Positions 13,462 to 21,191 of a DNA stretch of 37,260 nucleotides are shown here, piece after piece (within the stretch, counting starts at the first letter, position 1; each line of letters begins with the position of its first letter). Under the pieces are notes generated by a model. It was not told the DNA's origin and ran no database searches. It worked only from the letters and a program-made list of their open reading frames with translations. The stretch is from the IMG/VR virus record IMGVR_UViG_3300012949_000009, positions 1 through 37,260 of that record, one strand, 5' to 3'. The DNA is from a virus. A program made the translations under genes and the position numbers.

Positions 13462-14835
13462 GTGGCAGAACAAATTATTAGAGTAGCATTGTATATAAGA
13501 GTTTCTACTGATAGACAAGCAAAAGAGGGAGATTCCTTAGAAGCACAAGAAGAAGCACTTAGAAAATATGCTAAAGAAAAAGGTTATATAATAGTTGATA
13601 CATATATAGATGGTGGGGAGTCAGGACAAAAATTAAATCGTACTAATTTAACAAGATTACTTGAAGATGTGAAACAAAACAAAATTGATTTAATTTTATT
13701 CACAAAGCTTGATCGTTGGTTTCGTTCTGTCTCAGATTTTTATAAAGTACAATCTATTCTTGATAAACATAAGGTAAAATGGAAAACTATATGGGAAGAT
13801 TACGATACAACAACAGCTAGTGGTGAATTTTGGCTAAATATGAGTTTGGCATTAGCCAGAATGGAAGCTAAACGAACAAGTGAAAGAATAAAAAATGTTT
13901 TTGATTATAAATATAGAGTACAAAAAACGGTATGCAGTGGTGCTGTTCCATATGGATACAAAATATCAGAAGATAAAAAAATAATAATCGATGAAGAAAA
14001 GGCTCAACATATACGAGATTTATATAATTATTATATTGAAACTAATAATTTATTAGCAACAGTTAGATGGTTTCAAAATACAATTGCAAAAAAAAGTTTC
14101 TCATCAATTAAATTATATTTAAAAAACAAAAAATATATTGGTATATACGAACGAAAAAAAACGGGTGAAATATTTTATGATTATATACCAAGAATACTGG
14201 ATGATGAAACATTTTATAAGGTGCAAGAAATGTTAGAAAAAAACATAAAAAATTATACATCAAAAAACACAGAAAAACATTGCTATATATTTTCAAGTTT
14301 ATTAGTTTGCGGTGAATGTGGTGGCCGTTTTACTGGAAATCATCCACATAGAGAAGACCGAAATTATTACAGATGTAAAAAAGCAATCGAGAGTATTTAT
14401 TGTAAGAACAAAGTTACGATACCAGAAACGAGAATTGAAAAATATTTAATAGATAACATATTAGAATCTATAAAAACCAAAAAGATAGAAATAGAAAATA
14501 TAAGCAAAATAGAAAAAGAAAAACAATCTATTTTACCATCATTAAAAAATAAATTGAATAAATTAACCGAATTATATATAAATGATATGATTGATTTAGA
14601 TTATTACAAAAAGGAATATAATATTTTAAAATCACAAATTGATGAATTAGAAAATAAAAGTTTACTTGAAAATAGTCCGGGAATTGATTATAATAAAATT
14701 GAAAATTTCTTTCAAAATGATTTTGAAACAATGTATTATGCATTGACAAGTTTAGAAAAACGAAAACTTTGGATGAGTATAATAGATAATATTGAAATAA
14801 GAGGGAAATATGATTTCCTTATTAATTTGAAATAA
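13462..14835 (+). CDS. int: Large serine recombinase (integrase)
   Basis: Resolvase catalytic motif VALYIRVSTDRQ, a recombinase domain, a zinc ribbon CGECGGRF...YYRC, and a C-terminal coiled coil. Confidence 0.9.
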   Translation: MAEQIIRVALYIRVSTDRQAKEGDSLEAQEEALRKYAKEKGYIIVDTYIDGGESGQKLNRTNLTRLLEDVKQNKIDLILFTKLDRWFRSVSDFYKVQSILDKHKVKWKTIWEDYDTTTASGEFWLNMSLALARMEAKRTSERIKNVFDYKYRVQKTVCSGAVPYGYKISEDKKIIIDEEKAQHIRDLYNYYIETNNLLATVRWFQNTIAKKSFSSIKLYLKNKKYIGIYERKKTGEIFYDYIPRILDDETFYKVQEMLEKNIKNYTSKNTEKHCYIFSSLLVCGECGGRFTGNHPHREDRNYYRCKKAIESIYCKNKVTIPETRIEKYLIDNILESIKTKKIEIENISKIEKEKQSILPSLKNKLNKLTELYINDMIDLDYYKKEYNILKSQIDELENKSLLENSPGIDYNKIENFFQNDFETMYYALTSLEKRKLWMSIIDNIEIRGKYDFLINLK

Positions 14836-14885
14836 TGTGGTACTAAATGATAATACCCTGGAGGTTATTGTTAGTTAGTACCACA
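14836..14885. other. Candidate attP for the serine integrase.
   Basis: Perfect 11-bp inverted arms TGTGGTACTAA (14836-14846) and TTAGTACCACA (14875-14885) span 50 bp, centred on CCCTG|GAGG. It starts 1 nt after the int stop codon. Confidence 0.55.
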
Positions 14886-14903
14886 ACAGAAAGGTGGTAC
14901 TAT

Positions 14904-15371
14904 ATGAATAAATGTAAATACTTGAAAAAACGTACAAAAGGGATATACTGTTCCCACTGTAAAGATTATATCACTTTTAATAACTGTAAAAACTGTGACT
15001 CTAAAGAATATAAAATCAAACTATACAAATCTTTAAAGGCGAAAACAAAATTAAAAAATGTATCTAAAAAACAAGCCAAAAAAGAAAGAAATAGAAAAAG
15101 TGTTTTTGTTGATAATTTTGACGGATGTATTGAGTGTGGAAAAAGTAAAGATATTACTAGAATAGATAAACATGAGATATTTGGTGGTTCGCGTAGACAA
15201 ATAAGTATTAAATGGGATATGGTAATTCCTTTATGTAGGACGTGCCATAACACACCTGAAATAGTCAGAAAATGGCAAATTATAGGACAACAAGAATTTG
15301 TAAAAAAATATGGTTATGATTTATTTATGAAAGAATTTAAGTTAGATTATATTTTTAAGCATAATAATTAA
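14904..15371 (+). CDS. Cys-rich zinc-ribbon / HNH-like protein, possibly NinG-like.
   Basis: CSHC...CKNC, CIECG, HEIFGGSRR...LCRTCH. The start is taken at the ATG at 14904 (RBS AAAGGTGG), because the longer ORF would begin inside the attP candidate. Confidence 0.4.
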   Translation: MNKCKYLKKRTKGIYCSHCKDYITFNNCKNCDSKEYKIKLYKSLKAKTKLKNVSKKQAKKERNRKSVFVDNFDGCIECGKSKDITRIDKHEIFGGSRRQISIKWDMVIPLCRTCHNTPEIVRKWQIIGQQEFVKKYGYDLFMKEFKLDYIFKHNN

Positions 15372-15380
15372 TTTTATATC

Positions 15381-15409
15381 TTGTATGACCGACCGACTTA
15401 TGATATAAT
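15381..15409 (+). promoter_or_regulatory. Promoter: TTGTAT, 17 nt, TATAAT, with a TGa extended -10.
   Basis: TTGTAT at 15381-15386 and TATAAT at 15404-15409. The spacer contains GACCGACCGAC. Confidence 0.5.
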
Positions 15410-15434
15410 CAAAATATCAGAAAGGGGAAAAAAT

Positions 15435-15863
15435 ATGTTTAATAATGAATGGCTAAAAAAAATGAGAATTAAAAAAGGACTAACTCAACAAGAATTAGCA
15501 GAAAAAACGGGATTATCTAAATTTACTATTGAAAATATCGAACAAGGAAAAAGAAAAGGCTCACAATTAACTTGGGAAAAACTATATAATTTCTTTAATA
15601 ACGACTCTAATTTTATGATATCAGAAGATAATGATGAATTAATAAGAGAATTAAAACAAGATATAGAAGAATTTGGCGAAGATTGTCCATGTTATGTTTT
15701 TTATGAAATTATTAATGGTACGTTGAAATTTACAAATTATGATTTTGATACAGAGGAAAAGCCAATTACTGATGATGAATTATATAGAGACGAAGAATTA
15801 TTATCTACCACCTTAGGAGATGCATTAAAATTATTTGAAAGACAAAACAGTATTATAAAATAA
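15435..15863 (+). CDS. XRE-family HTH protein with an unknown C-terminal domain.
   Basis: MRIKKGLTQQELAEKTGLSKFTIENIEQGKR. RBS AAAGGGGA precedes the ATG at 15435. Confidence 0.65.
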   Translation: MFNNEWLKKMRIKKGLTQQELAEKTGLSKFTIENIEQGKRKGSQLTWEKLYNFFNNDSNFMISEDNDELIRELKQDIEEFGEDCPCYVFYEIINGTLKFTNYDFDTEEKPITDDELYRDEELLSTTLGDALKLFERQNSIIK

Positions 15864-15869
15864 AAAAAC

Positions 15870-15889
15870 ACCGAGGATTAAACCTCGGT
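15870..15889. terminator. Bidirectional hairpin terminator.
   Basis: ACCGAGG (15870-15876) pairs with CCTCGGT (15883-15889). An A-run lies on one side and a T-rich tract on the other. Confidence 0.6.
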
Positions 15890-15946
15890 TTCTTCATATA
15901 ATAGCATAAATAACATAATTTCTTCAATTGTAATTAATTCAAACAT
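15878..15946 (-). CDS. Possible 22-aa peptide MFELITIEEIMLFMLLYEETEV with a sequestered SD.
   Basis: RBS AAGGAGGGA lies 5 nt before the ATG at 15946. An 8-nt anti-SD sits 21 nt upstream in the mRNA. Confidence 0.25.
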   Translation of the reverse strand: MFELITIEEIMLFMLLYEETEV

Positions 15947-16012
15947 TTTATTCCCTCCTTGATATTATCTTACTGCATATAGGAGGGATTTCCTTTTTTA
16001 AGGCACAAAAAA

Positions 16013-16035
16013 AGACCGAGAATTAATCTCGGTTT
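16013..16035. terminator. Bidirectional hairpin terminator.
   Basis: ACCGAGA (16015-16021) pairs with TCTCGGT (16027-16033), flanked by A-runs and T-runs. The sequence is related to the 15870 hairpin. Confidence 0.6.
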
Positions 16036-16046
16036 TATTTTTATTC

Positions 16047-16475
16047 TTAACTTCCGTGGTTATATGCATTGAATCTAAAATCAAAACCTATAACATGAAA
16101 TATTGGTGCAACATCTGAAAACATACATATCATCCTATAATCTGAAGTAATTCTAAATACAAAAACAACGCTTTCATTTGAATATTTAATATTACTAGGT
16201 TTGAAATACAAATTTTCTATTGTAACTTTTTCAAAAACATTATCTTTTCTTAAATTAAACAAACTTCTTATAGTATATTCTTTTTCAAATTTTGATATTT
16301 TTTCAATTAGTTTTTTACAAAAATCTTTGAGTTCGTTGTCTGGAATTGCTTCAAAATTATATTTTTTATTATTTACTAAATATTTAAATGAAAATATTGG
16401 TGAATCATACATTATACCAAATTTTGATTCTAGATTTTCAAGTTTGTTCTTCTTACATTGACTGCAATTTGTCAT
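16047..16475 (-). CDS. Uncharacterised 142-aa partner of the Panacea-domain protein. It is a candidate toxin (PanT-like).
   Basis: It overlaps the upstream DUF4065 gene by 23 nt. The C-terminal VFVFRITSDYRMICMFSDVAPIFHVIGFDFRFNAYNH is loosely reminiscent of RelE/YoeB-type C-termini. Confidence 0.4.
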   Translation of the reverse strand: MTNCSQCKKNKLENLESKFGIMYDSPIFSFKYLVNNKKYNFEAIPDNELKDFCKKLIEKISKFEKEYTIRSLFNLRKDNVFEKVTIENLYFKPSNIKYSNESVVFVFRITSDYRMICMFSDVAPIFHVIGFDFRFNAYNHGS

Positions 16476-16980
16476 TTTCTCTAAAATAATTTATCATTTT
16501 TTGATGTTTTATCTCACAGTTTATAGGGGTACTTTTCCACGGTGTTTCAGAATGTGTCATATTTCTTAATTTCCATGCACTATATTGACCATATAATTCA
16601 TATATTTTTAACAAAAATTGTTCAATTTCCGGTGAAAAATTAATTACTTCCCCAGTATAGATTATTCCATTACCACCAAATTTTTTGTATTCATCATAAA
16701 CCTCTTTAACAACTGGGCCATGCTCCCAAGCCAATATTTTTTCTCTAAATAATGGTTTATTATATTTTGCCAAATAATATGCTTGTGCATAATAAAGCAA
16801 TTTTTGTAATTTCATATTAGTTATAAATTCTGTGTCGGTTACTGTTTGCATATAATCATTGGTGTTTAAAAACCATTTTGCAACATCATTTGCTCTCACT
16901 TTTTTCCACCCCCAAGAATTAATTTCTACTACAACAGTATTATATACACAGTTTATTTTATTTGTCAAATATTTCCACAT
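16453..16980 (-). CDS. Panacea-domain (DUF4065, SocA/GepA-like) protein, a PanA-type antitoxin. The true start is probably the GTG at 16899.
   Basis: NMKLQKLLYYAQAYYLAKYNKPLFREKILAWEHGPVVKEVYDEYKKFG and YGQYSAWKLRNMTHSETPWKST match the DUF4065 pattern. RBS GGGTGG lies 6 nt before the GTG at 16899. Confidence 0.8.
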   Translation of the reverse strand: MWKYLTNKINCVYNTVVVEINSWGWKKVRANDVAKWFLNTNDYMQTVTDTEFITNMKLQKLLYYAQAYYLAKYNKPLFREKILAWEHGPVVKEVYDEYKKFGGNGIIYTGEVINFSPEIEQFLLKIYELYGQYSAWKLRNMTHSETPWKSTPINCEIKHQKMINYFRENDKLQSM

Positions 16981-17022
16981 TTACAATAATATCTCCAATT
17001 TTACACATAAAATTCCCTTATA

Positions 17023-17187
17023 TTAATTATTTTTAGGCAATTTTATTAAGACCTTCTTTTTCCCTTCTAATACTTCTTTAGACCATTTAATCGGGATAAC
17101 AATGTTGTCAGTTTGTTGTGCTATATTTTTGTTTTCTCTAACATTTGGTCGAGTTTTTTCAAAAAAACTTTTTGGCAAACTTTTCAT
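17023..17187 (-). CDS. Hypothetical 54-aa protein upstream of the Panacea gene.
   Basis: RBS GGTGAGTGG precedes the ATG at 17187. The frame MKSLPKSFFEKTRPNVRENKNIAQQTDNIVIPIKW... is open. Confidence 0.4.
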   Translation of the reverse strand: MKSLPKSFFEKTRPNVRENKNIAQQTDNIVIPIKWSKEVLEGKKKVLIKLPKNN

Positions 17188-17230
17188 ATTCCACTCACCC
17201 ACCTATTTTATTTCAAAACTATTATTCATC

Positions 17231-17298
17231 TTGCAAAAAAAAAGAACTAGGGATGGTGTTCGCAAAGCATAATGTGGAGCAACACTTAACATCCTAGT
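17231..17298 (-). terminator. Long imperfect hairpin plus T9 run. It is the likely terminator of the late/lysis operon.
   Basis: 17246-17255 pairs with 17290-17298 and 17256-17260 with 17281-17285. On the minus strand the hairpin is followed by TTCTTTTTTTTT. Confidence 0.55.
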
Positions 17299-17508
17299 AT
17301 TAAATGTGTCTCCTATTTTTTATTATACACAATGCATAACAAATTATGTATAATATTAACAATATAACACAACACAAAGCAATTAAATACAACTTTGTAA
17401 TACAATTATATTACTTTATACACTTTTGTGCAATATCTTTTTTTAATATTTTTAACATTTTTTATTTTTTTATTATTTACATTTTTATAGAGAAGAGCTA
17501 GTTTTACC

Positions 17509-18147
17509 CTAGCCTTTTATAATTATCTTTTGCCCTACATAAATTAAATTAACATTTTTTATATTATTATCCTTTGCTAATTTATCTACTGTAGTTTTAT
17601 ATTCTTTTGCTATTTTAGATAATGTGTCTCCTTTTTTTACTATATATACTGTTTCTTCTGTTTTTTTTGTTGGTTGTTCTATTATTGGTTTATTATTTTC
17701 TAATGCATTTACTCTTTTTTCTAAATTATCTATTCTATTTTTTAATTCTTCAATCATTTTTAATTCCTCCTCTTGTGTTTTTAATCTTAAATAAGCAATT
17801 GGTTTTGTTTTAATCCCTGCTCTATTATAACCAGCAGTAACACCTACGTATTGATCATAATATCTATTTTCATCTATATATATTGCAACGTGCCCATAAC
17901 CACTTTTAGTAGCATTAGCCCCCCATACGATTATATCTCCATATTGTGGCTTGTCCGTTTTTGTTGCTATATCGTAGCAAGATTCCGCCCAATCTTTAGC
18001 ATTCCCTCTAGCCTTAAATGGTATCCCGTGGCACAATCTAATATATTCTTGAACTAAAGTTACGCATTCACCTTTTAATTTATCGCTGTGTTCAAAACCG
18101 ACAACAGTATTTATTGTTTTATCTATAAAATGTTTTAGTGTTAACAT
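17509..18147 (-). CDS. Endolysin: an N-terminal CHAP amidase/peptidase plus a C-terminal LysM domain.
   Basis: The Cys in [10 protein letters not shown] and the His in GYGHVAIY fit a CHAP domain. [43 protein letters not shown] fits LysM. Confidence 0.8.
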   Translation of the reverse strand: MLTLKHFIDKTINTVVGFEHSDKLKGECVTLVQEYIRLCHGIPFKARGNAKDWAESCYDIATKTDKPQYGDIIVWGANATKSGYGHVAIYIDENRYYDQYVGVTAGYNRAGIKTKPIAYLRLKTQEEELKMIEELKNRIDNLEKRVNALENNKPIIEQPTKKTEETVYIVKKGDTLSKIAKEYKTTVDKLAKDNNIKNVNLIYVGQKIIIKG

Positions 18148-18148
18148 A

Positions 18149-18430
18149 TTATTCCCCCTCTTTCTTTTTTACAGCAAAATCATATATTCCGTTTGCATTC
18201 ATACTCGCTAAAACGCTTGAAATTATATATAAAACTAGGTCTACAATTTTAAAACTATTAGCTTCAAGATTTGATATCACCATTAATATTAAAGCAATTA
18301 TAAAAGACCAATATTTAGTAGGTATTTTTTTTATAATTTTTATATCTTTGGTGAATTGTGTTAACATTAACACAATTGATACAAATGAAGCCCACTCGAA
18401 TAGCATATCCCAATTTACAAAATTATTCAT
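18149..18430 (-). CDS. Holin
   Basis: 93 aa with about 3 hydrophobic segments and a charged C-terminus KKKEGE. It lies immediately upstream of the endolysin gene. Confidence 0.65.
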   Translation of the reverse strand: MNNFVNWDMLFEWASFVSIVLMLTQFTKDIKIIKKIPTKYWSFIIALILMVISNLEANSFKIVDLVLYIISSVLASMNANGIYDFAVKKKEGE

Positions 18431-18729
18431 TATTCTACCCCTTTCACCAATCTTGAGCAGTATTCTTTAGTATAAGAATTATAACCAAGACTTAAATAAT
18501 CATCGCATGCTGAAGCTCTTTCCATAAGTGGTACTTTATCATTCCATATCACTGATTTAAGTGCCATTCGTTGGGTGATTTTAAGGTTTTCAGTTATTTT
18601 ATCTTGATTGACTTTATATTCATTAAAATAGGCATATACACCTATAAATAAACCTAATATAACGCCTAGTGAAGAAATTAATGATGAAATATCTTTTATT
18701 TTTGTTATTAGTGCATTACCATTTTTCAC
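18430..18729 (-). CDS. Membrane-anchored protein of the lysis region.
   Basis: Single N-terminal TM segment ISSLISSLGVILGLFIGVYAYF. Confidence 0.45.
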   Translation of the reverse strand: MKNGNALITKIKDISSLISSLGVILGLFIGVYAYFNEYKVNQDKITENLKITQRMALKSVIWNDKVPLMERASACDDYLSLGYNSYTKEYCSRLVKGVE

Positions 18730-18742
18730 GATTTACTCCTTT

Positions 18743-19030
18743 CTATATATCTTCTGCATCTTTAAATTTATCTAATTCTTTTAATTTTTTGTAATAATCT
18801 TGTATATTATCATTTTCGTTATAATCAAAGTTGTAATAATTAGTATCTATAAAGACATTCATACTCTTCCCATTTTTTATTGCTTCTCTTTCTTCTTCCC
18901 TTTTATCTTCACTTGTATAAGATGCAACCTCTACAATTGTTTGGTTATTTGTAATCTTATTTATACTTACTATTCTATGGTATTTTACAGTAATACCATT
19001 TTCTAATTGTATTTCTTTTAATAATGCCAT
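18743..19030 (-). CDS. Hypothetical protein downstream of the tail tip genes.
   Basis: 95-aa ORF, operon context. Confidence 0.5.
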   Translation of the reverse strand: MALLKEIQLENGITVKYHRIVSINKITNNQTIVEVASYTSEDKREEEREAIKNGKSMNVFIDTNYYNFDYNENDNIQDYYKKLKELDKFKDAEDI

Positions 19031-19041
19031 ATCTATTCCTC

Positions 19042-21189
19042 CTATCTATAACCTATTACTCTATGAATCCAGATTCTATCGGCGGTAACAATAGTATTTG
19101 TATTACCATTAATATAAATTCCCTCTGCTATTTGCACACTTGACGGTGATATAATTGTCCCGGAAATATTAACTGTTTTCGTTTGATTATATATAACACT
19201 ATCGTAATAATTACCCGTAAATAAATTGACACTTTTACCATCTGGATTATATATTTTTGCACTATCATAACTGTTATTAGATGTCCTATAAATTATTTCA
19301 ATATAAATAAAATTAGCCGCACTATCAGCTAATGTGACAGTTCCAGTTGTACCACTTGGGTTATCATATAATATATATTCTTTATAAATTCTTTCCCAAA
19401 CTGTCCAAGAATTAGCATTTATTTTTCTTCTTTGATATATTTCGCCACCTGTTTTATAAAATGTCTGCCATATCCAATTATTGGTATTATTATGAGTTGT
19501 ATTATCATTTATTTCTACAAATAGTTTTCCATATATCTCTCCAGAAGTTGGGGCGTTAGGAATATTATTTCCAGCCACCTCATGTGTACCTTGTGTTAAA
19601 CAATTATTAAAATCTCCACTAGCAGTTAAAGCTTCTCTTCTTCTACTTATATATCCGCCATCAGCACCAATTATTTCGCCATTAAATCTTGAGTTTCCAT
19701 AAAAGGTGTGGTTATACTCTTCAGTAGGCATACCATTGTATCCAATATGATATTCACCATTTTCATCTTTAAAATGGGCGTCTAATACCTTTCCATCAGT
19801 TATTCCTGCAGAACCGTAAATTGAATTAAATGTTTGAGTTGATATTCCATCGCTTAGTTTAATTTGTATGTCGTATGCTTGACCTAATGTGAATCCCACA
19901 CTTGTTCCATCAAAATACAATTTAAAATCATCTGATACATCTAAACTGATGTCCCCAGCATAATAATTCATTTTTAAATTAAATTCACTGGTTTTTTCAT
20001 ACCACGGTTGGCTATCCCACTCATCATTTCTATTTTTAACTCGATAAGCAAAATAGGTTATTTTATTTTCGCCATTGCCGAAGTCACCATCATATATTTT
20101 TGCGTTTAATATTAAGAATACATTTGTACCAACACCATTTTCACGTTGAGTTTCTAATGAAATAATACTAGGTGGAAAATAATCAATTAAATTAATTACT
20201 TTTGATACACTAGTTTTTAGTCCTCTACTATCGACTACAGTAACATTTGTTGAAGAACCATCTACGGAATTAATTATTTTTTCAATTGTCCCTGAACTAT
20301 CTAATTCCTCTGCTGTTTTTGTTCCTACTGTGAATATGTATTTACTAATACTAGCACTCTTTTTTGGTACTGCTTTATTTTCACTGTCTATGGTAAATTT
20401 GATATTAGAAAACACCTTAATAAAGTTATTTCCACCTGTTAAGTTATAAACAATTGGATTCATTTCAGCAATAGCAAAGTTGCTAAATTCTGGTGATACT
20501 AAAGAACCATTTATGATTGCTCTTCGTGATGTTTCAGTTATTCCTAAACTTGTTTCGTTATAAAATGTCTCACAGGTTATTTTTGCTGTTCCTTCAGTAG
20601 AATAAGGTATTGTTGCATATACAGTATCTGCGTCGTATGTTATTGTAGTTTCAGTATCTACATTTGATACTGTTTGAATTAATGTACCATTAATATATAA
20701 TCTTAAAGTGTGTTTGAAATTGGCACTCGCTCTAGAAATTGTTACTGGTATATTATTTCCTACAATAAAATCTTCAAAGTTACAATAAGATTTTCTCGGA
20801 ATAAAAGGTAAGTCAAAAGTTGCACTTGCTTCTGCTGTTGTTAAATATGGCGAGTTATCCATATTCCAAATTGCACTTATAGTAATCTTTTTTGTTCCAT
20901 CATCGTTGTGTGGAATTTCTATATTATTTCTTGTAACGAGTACCTTACGAGTATATTTACGGAAATCATAACCACTAACAACTGCACCGTAATCTACTCC
21001 ATCGATGTTTAGTGATACAGTAGTGTTACCTAGATTATAATAACCAGTACCTTTTATCTTTTCAGCGATTACACTTATGCTAGTAATTATTGTTTTGTTT
21101 TCTGCTATATTTGAACTTGTTTCGTATTCTATCCAAAATCTATAACTACTACCTGCACTACCATTTACTTTTCCATTTATTACTGCCAT
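19042..21189 (-). CDS. Tail tip / receptor-binding protein candidate with a DUF859-like N-terminus.
   Basis: 715 aa. N-terminus NGSAGSSYRFWIEYETSSNIAENKTIITSISV resembles siphovirus DUF859. It lies after Tal. Confidence 0.5.
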   Translation of the reverse strand: MAVINGKVNGSAGSSYRFWIEYETSSNIAENKTIITSISVIAEKIKGTGYYNLGNTTVSLNIDGVDYGAVVSGYDFRKYTRKVLVTRNNIEIPHNDDGTKKITISAIWNMDNSPYLTTAEASATFDLPFIPRKSYCNFEDFIVGNNIPVTISRASANFKHTLRLYINGTLIQTVSNVDTETTITYDADTVYATIPYSTEGTAKITCETFYNETSLGITETSRRAIINGSLVSPEFSNFAIAEMNPIVYNLTGGNNFIKVFSNIKFTIDSENKAVPKKSASISKYIFTVGTKTAEELDSSGTIEKIINSVDGSSTNVTVVDSRGLKTSVSKVINLIDYFPPSIISLETQRENGVGTNVFLILNAKIYDGDFGNGENKITYFAYRVKNRNDEWDSQPWYEKTSEFNLKMNYYAGDISLDVSDDFKLYFDGTSVGFTLGQAYDIQIKLSDGISTQTFNSIYGSAGITDGKVLDAHFKDENGEYHIGYNGMPTEEYNHTFYGNSRFNGEIIGADGGYISRRREALTASGDFNNCLTQGTHEVAGNNIPNAPTSGEIYGKLFVEINDNTTHNNTNNWIWQTFYKTGGEIYQRRKINANSWTVWERIYKEYILYDNPSGTTGTVTLADSAANFIYIEIIYRTSNNSYDSAKIYNPDGKSVNLFTGNYYDSVIYNQTKTVNISGTIISPSSVQIAEGIYINGNTNTIVTADRIWIHRVIGYR

Positions 21190-21191
21190 AA

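Noticed and set aside
17299-17508. The extremely AT-rich 210-bp spacer after the endolysin gene, which has several TATAAT-like boxes on both strands.
   Set aside because: -10-like hexamers are expected by chance at this AT content. I found no convincing -35/-10 pair or ORF, so I leave it as the 3' UTR before the late terminator.
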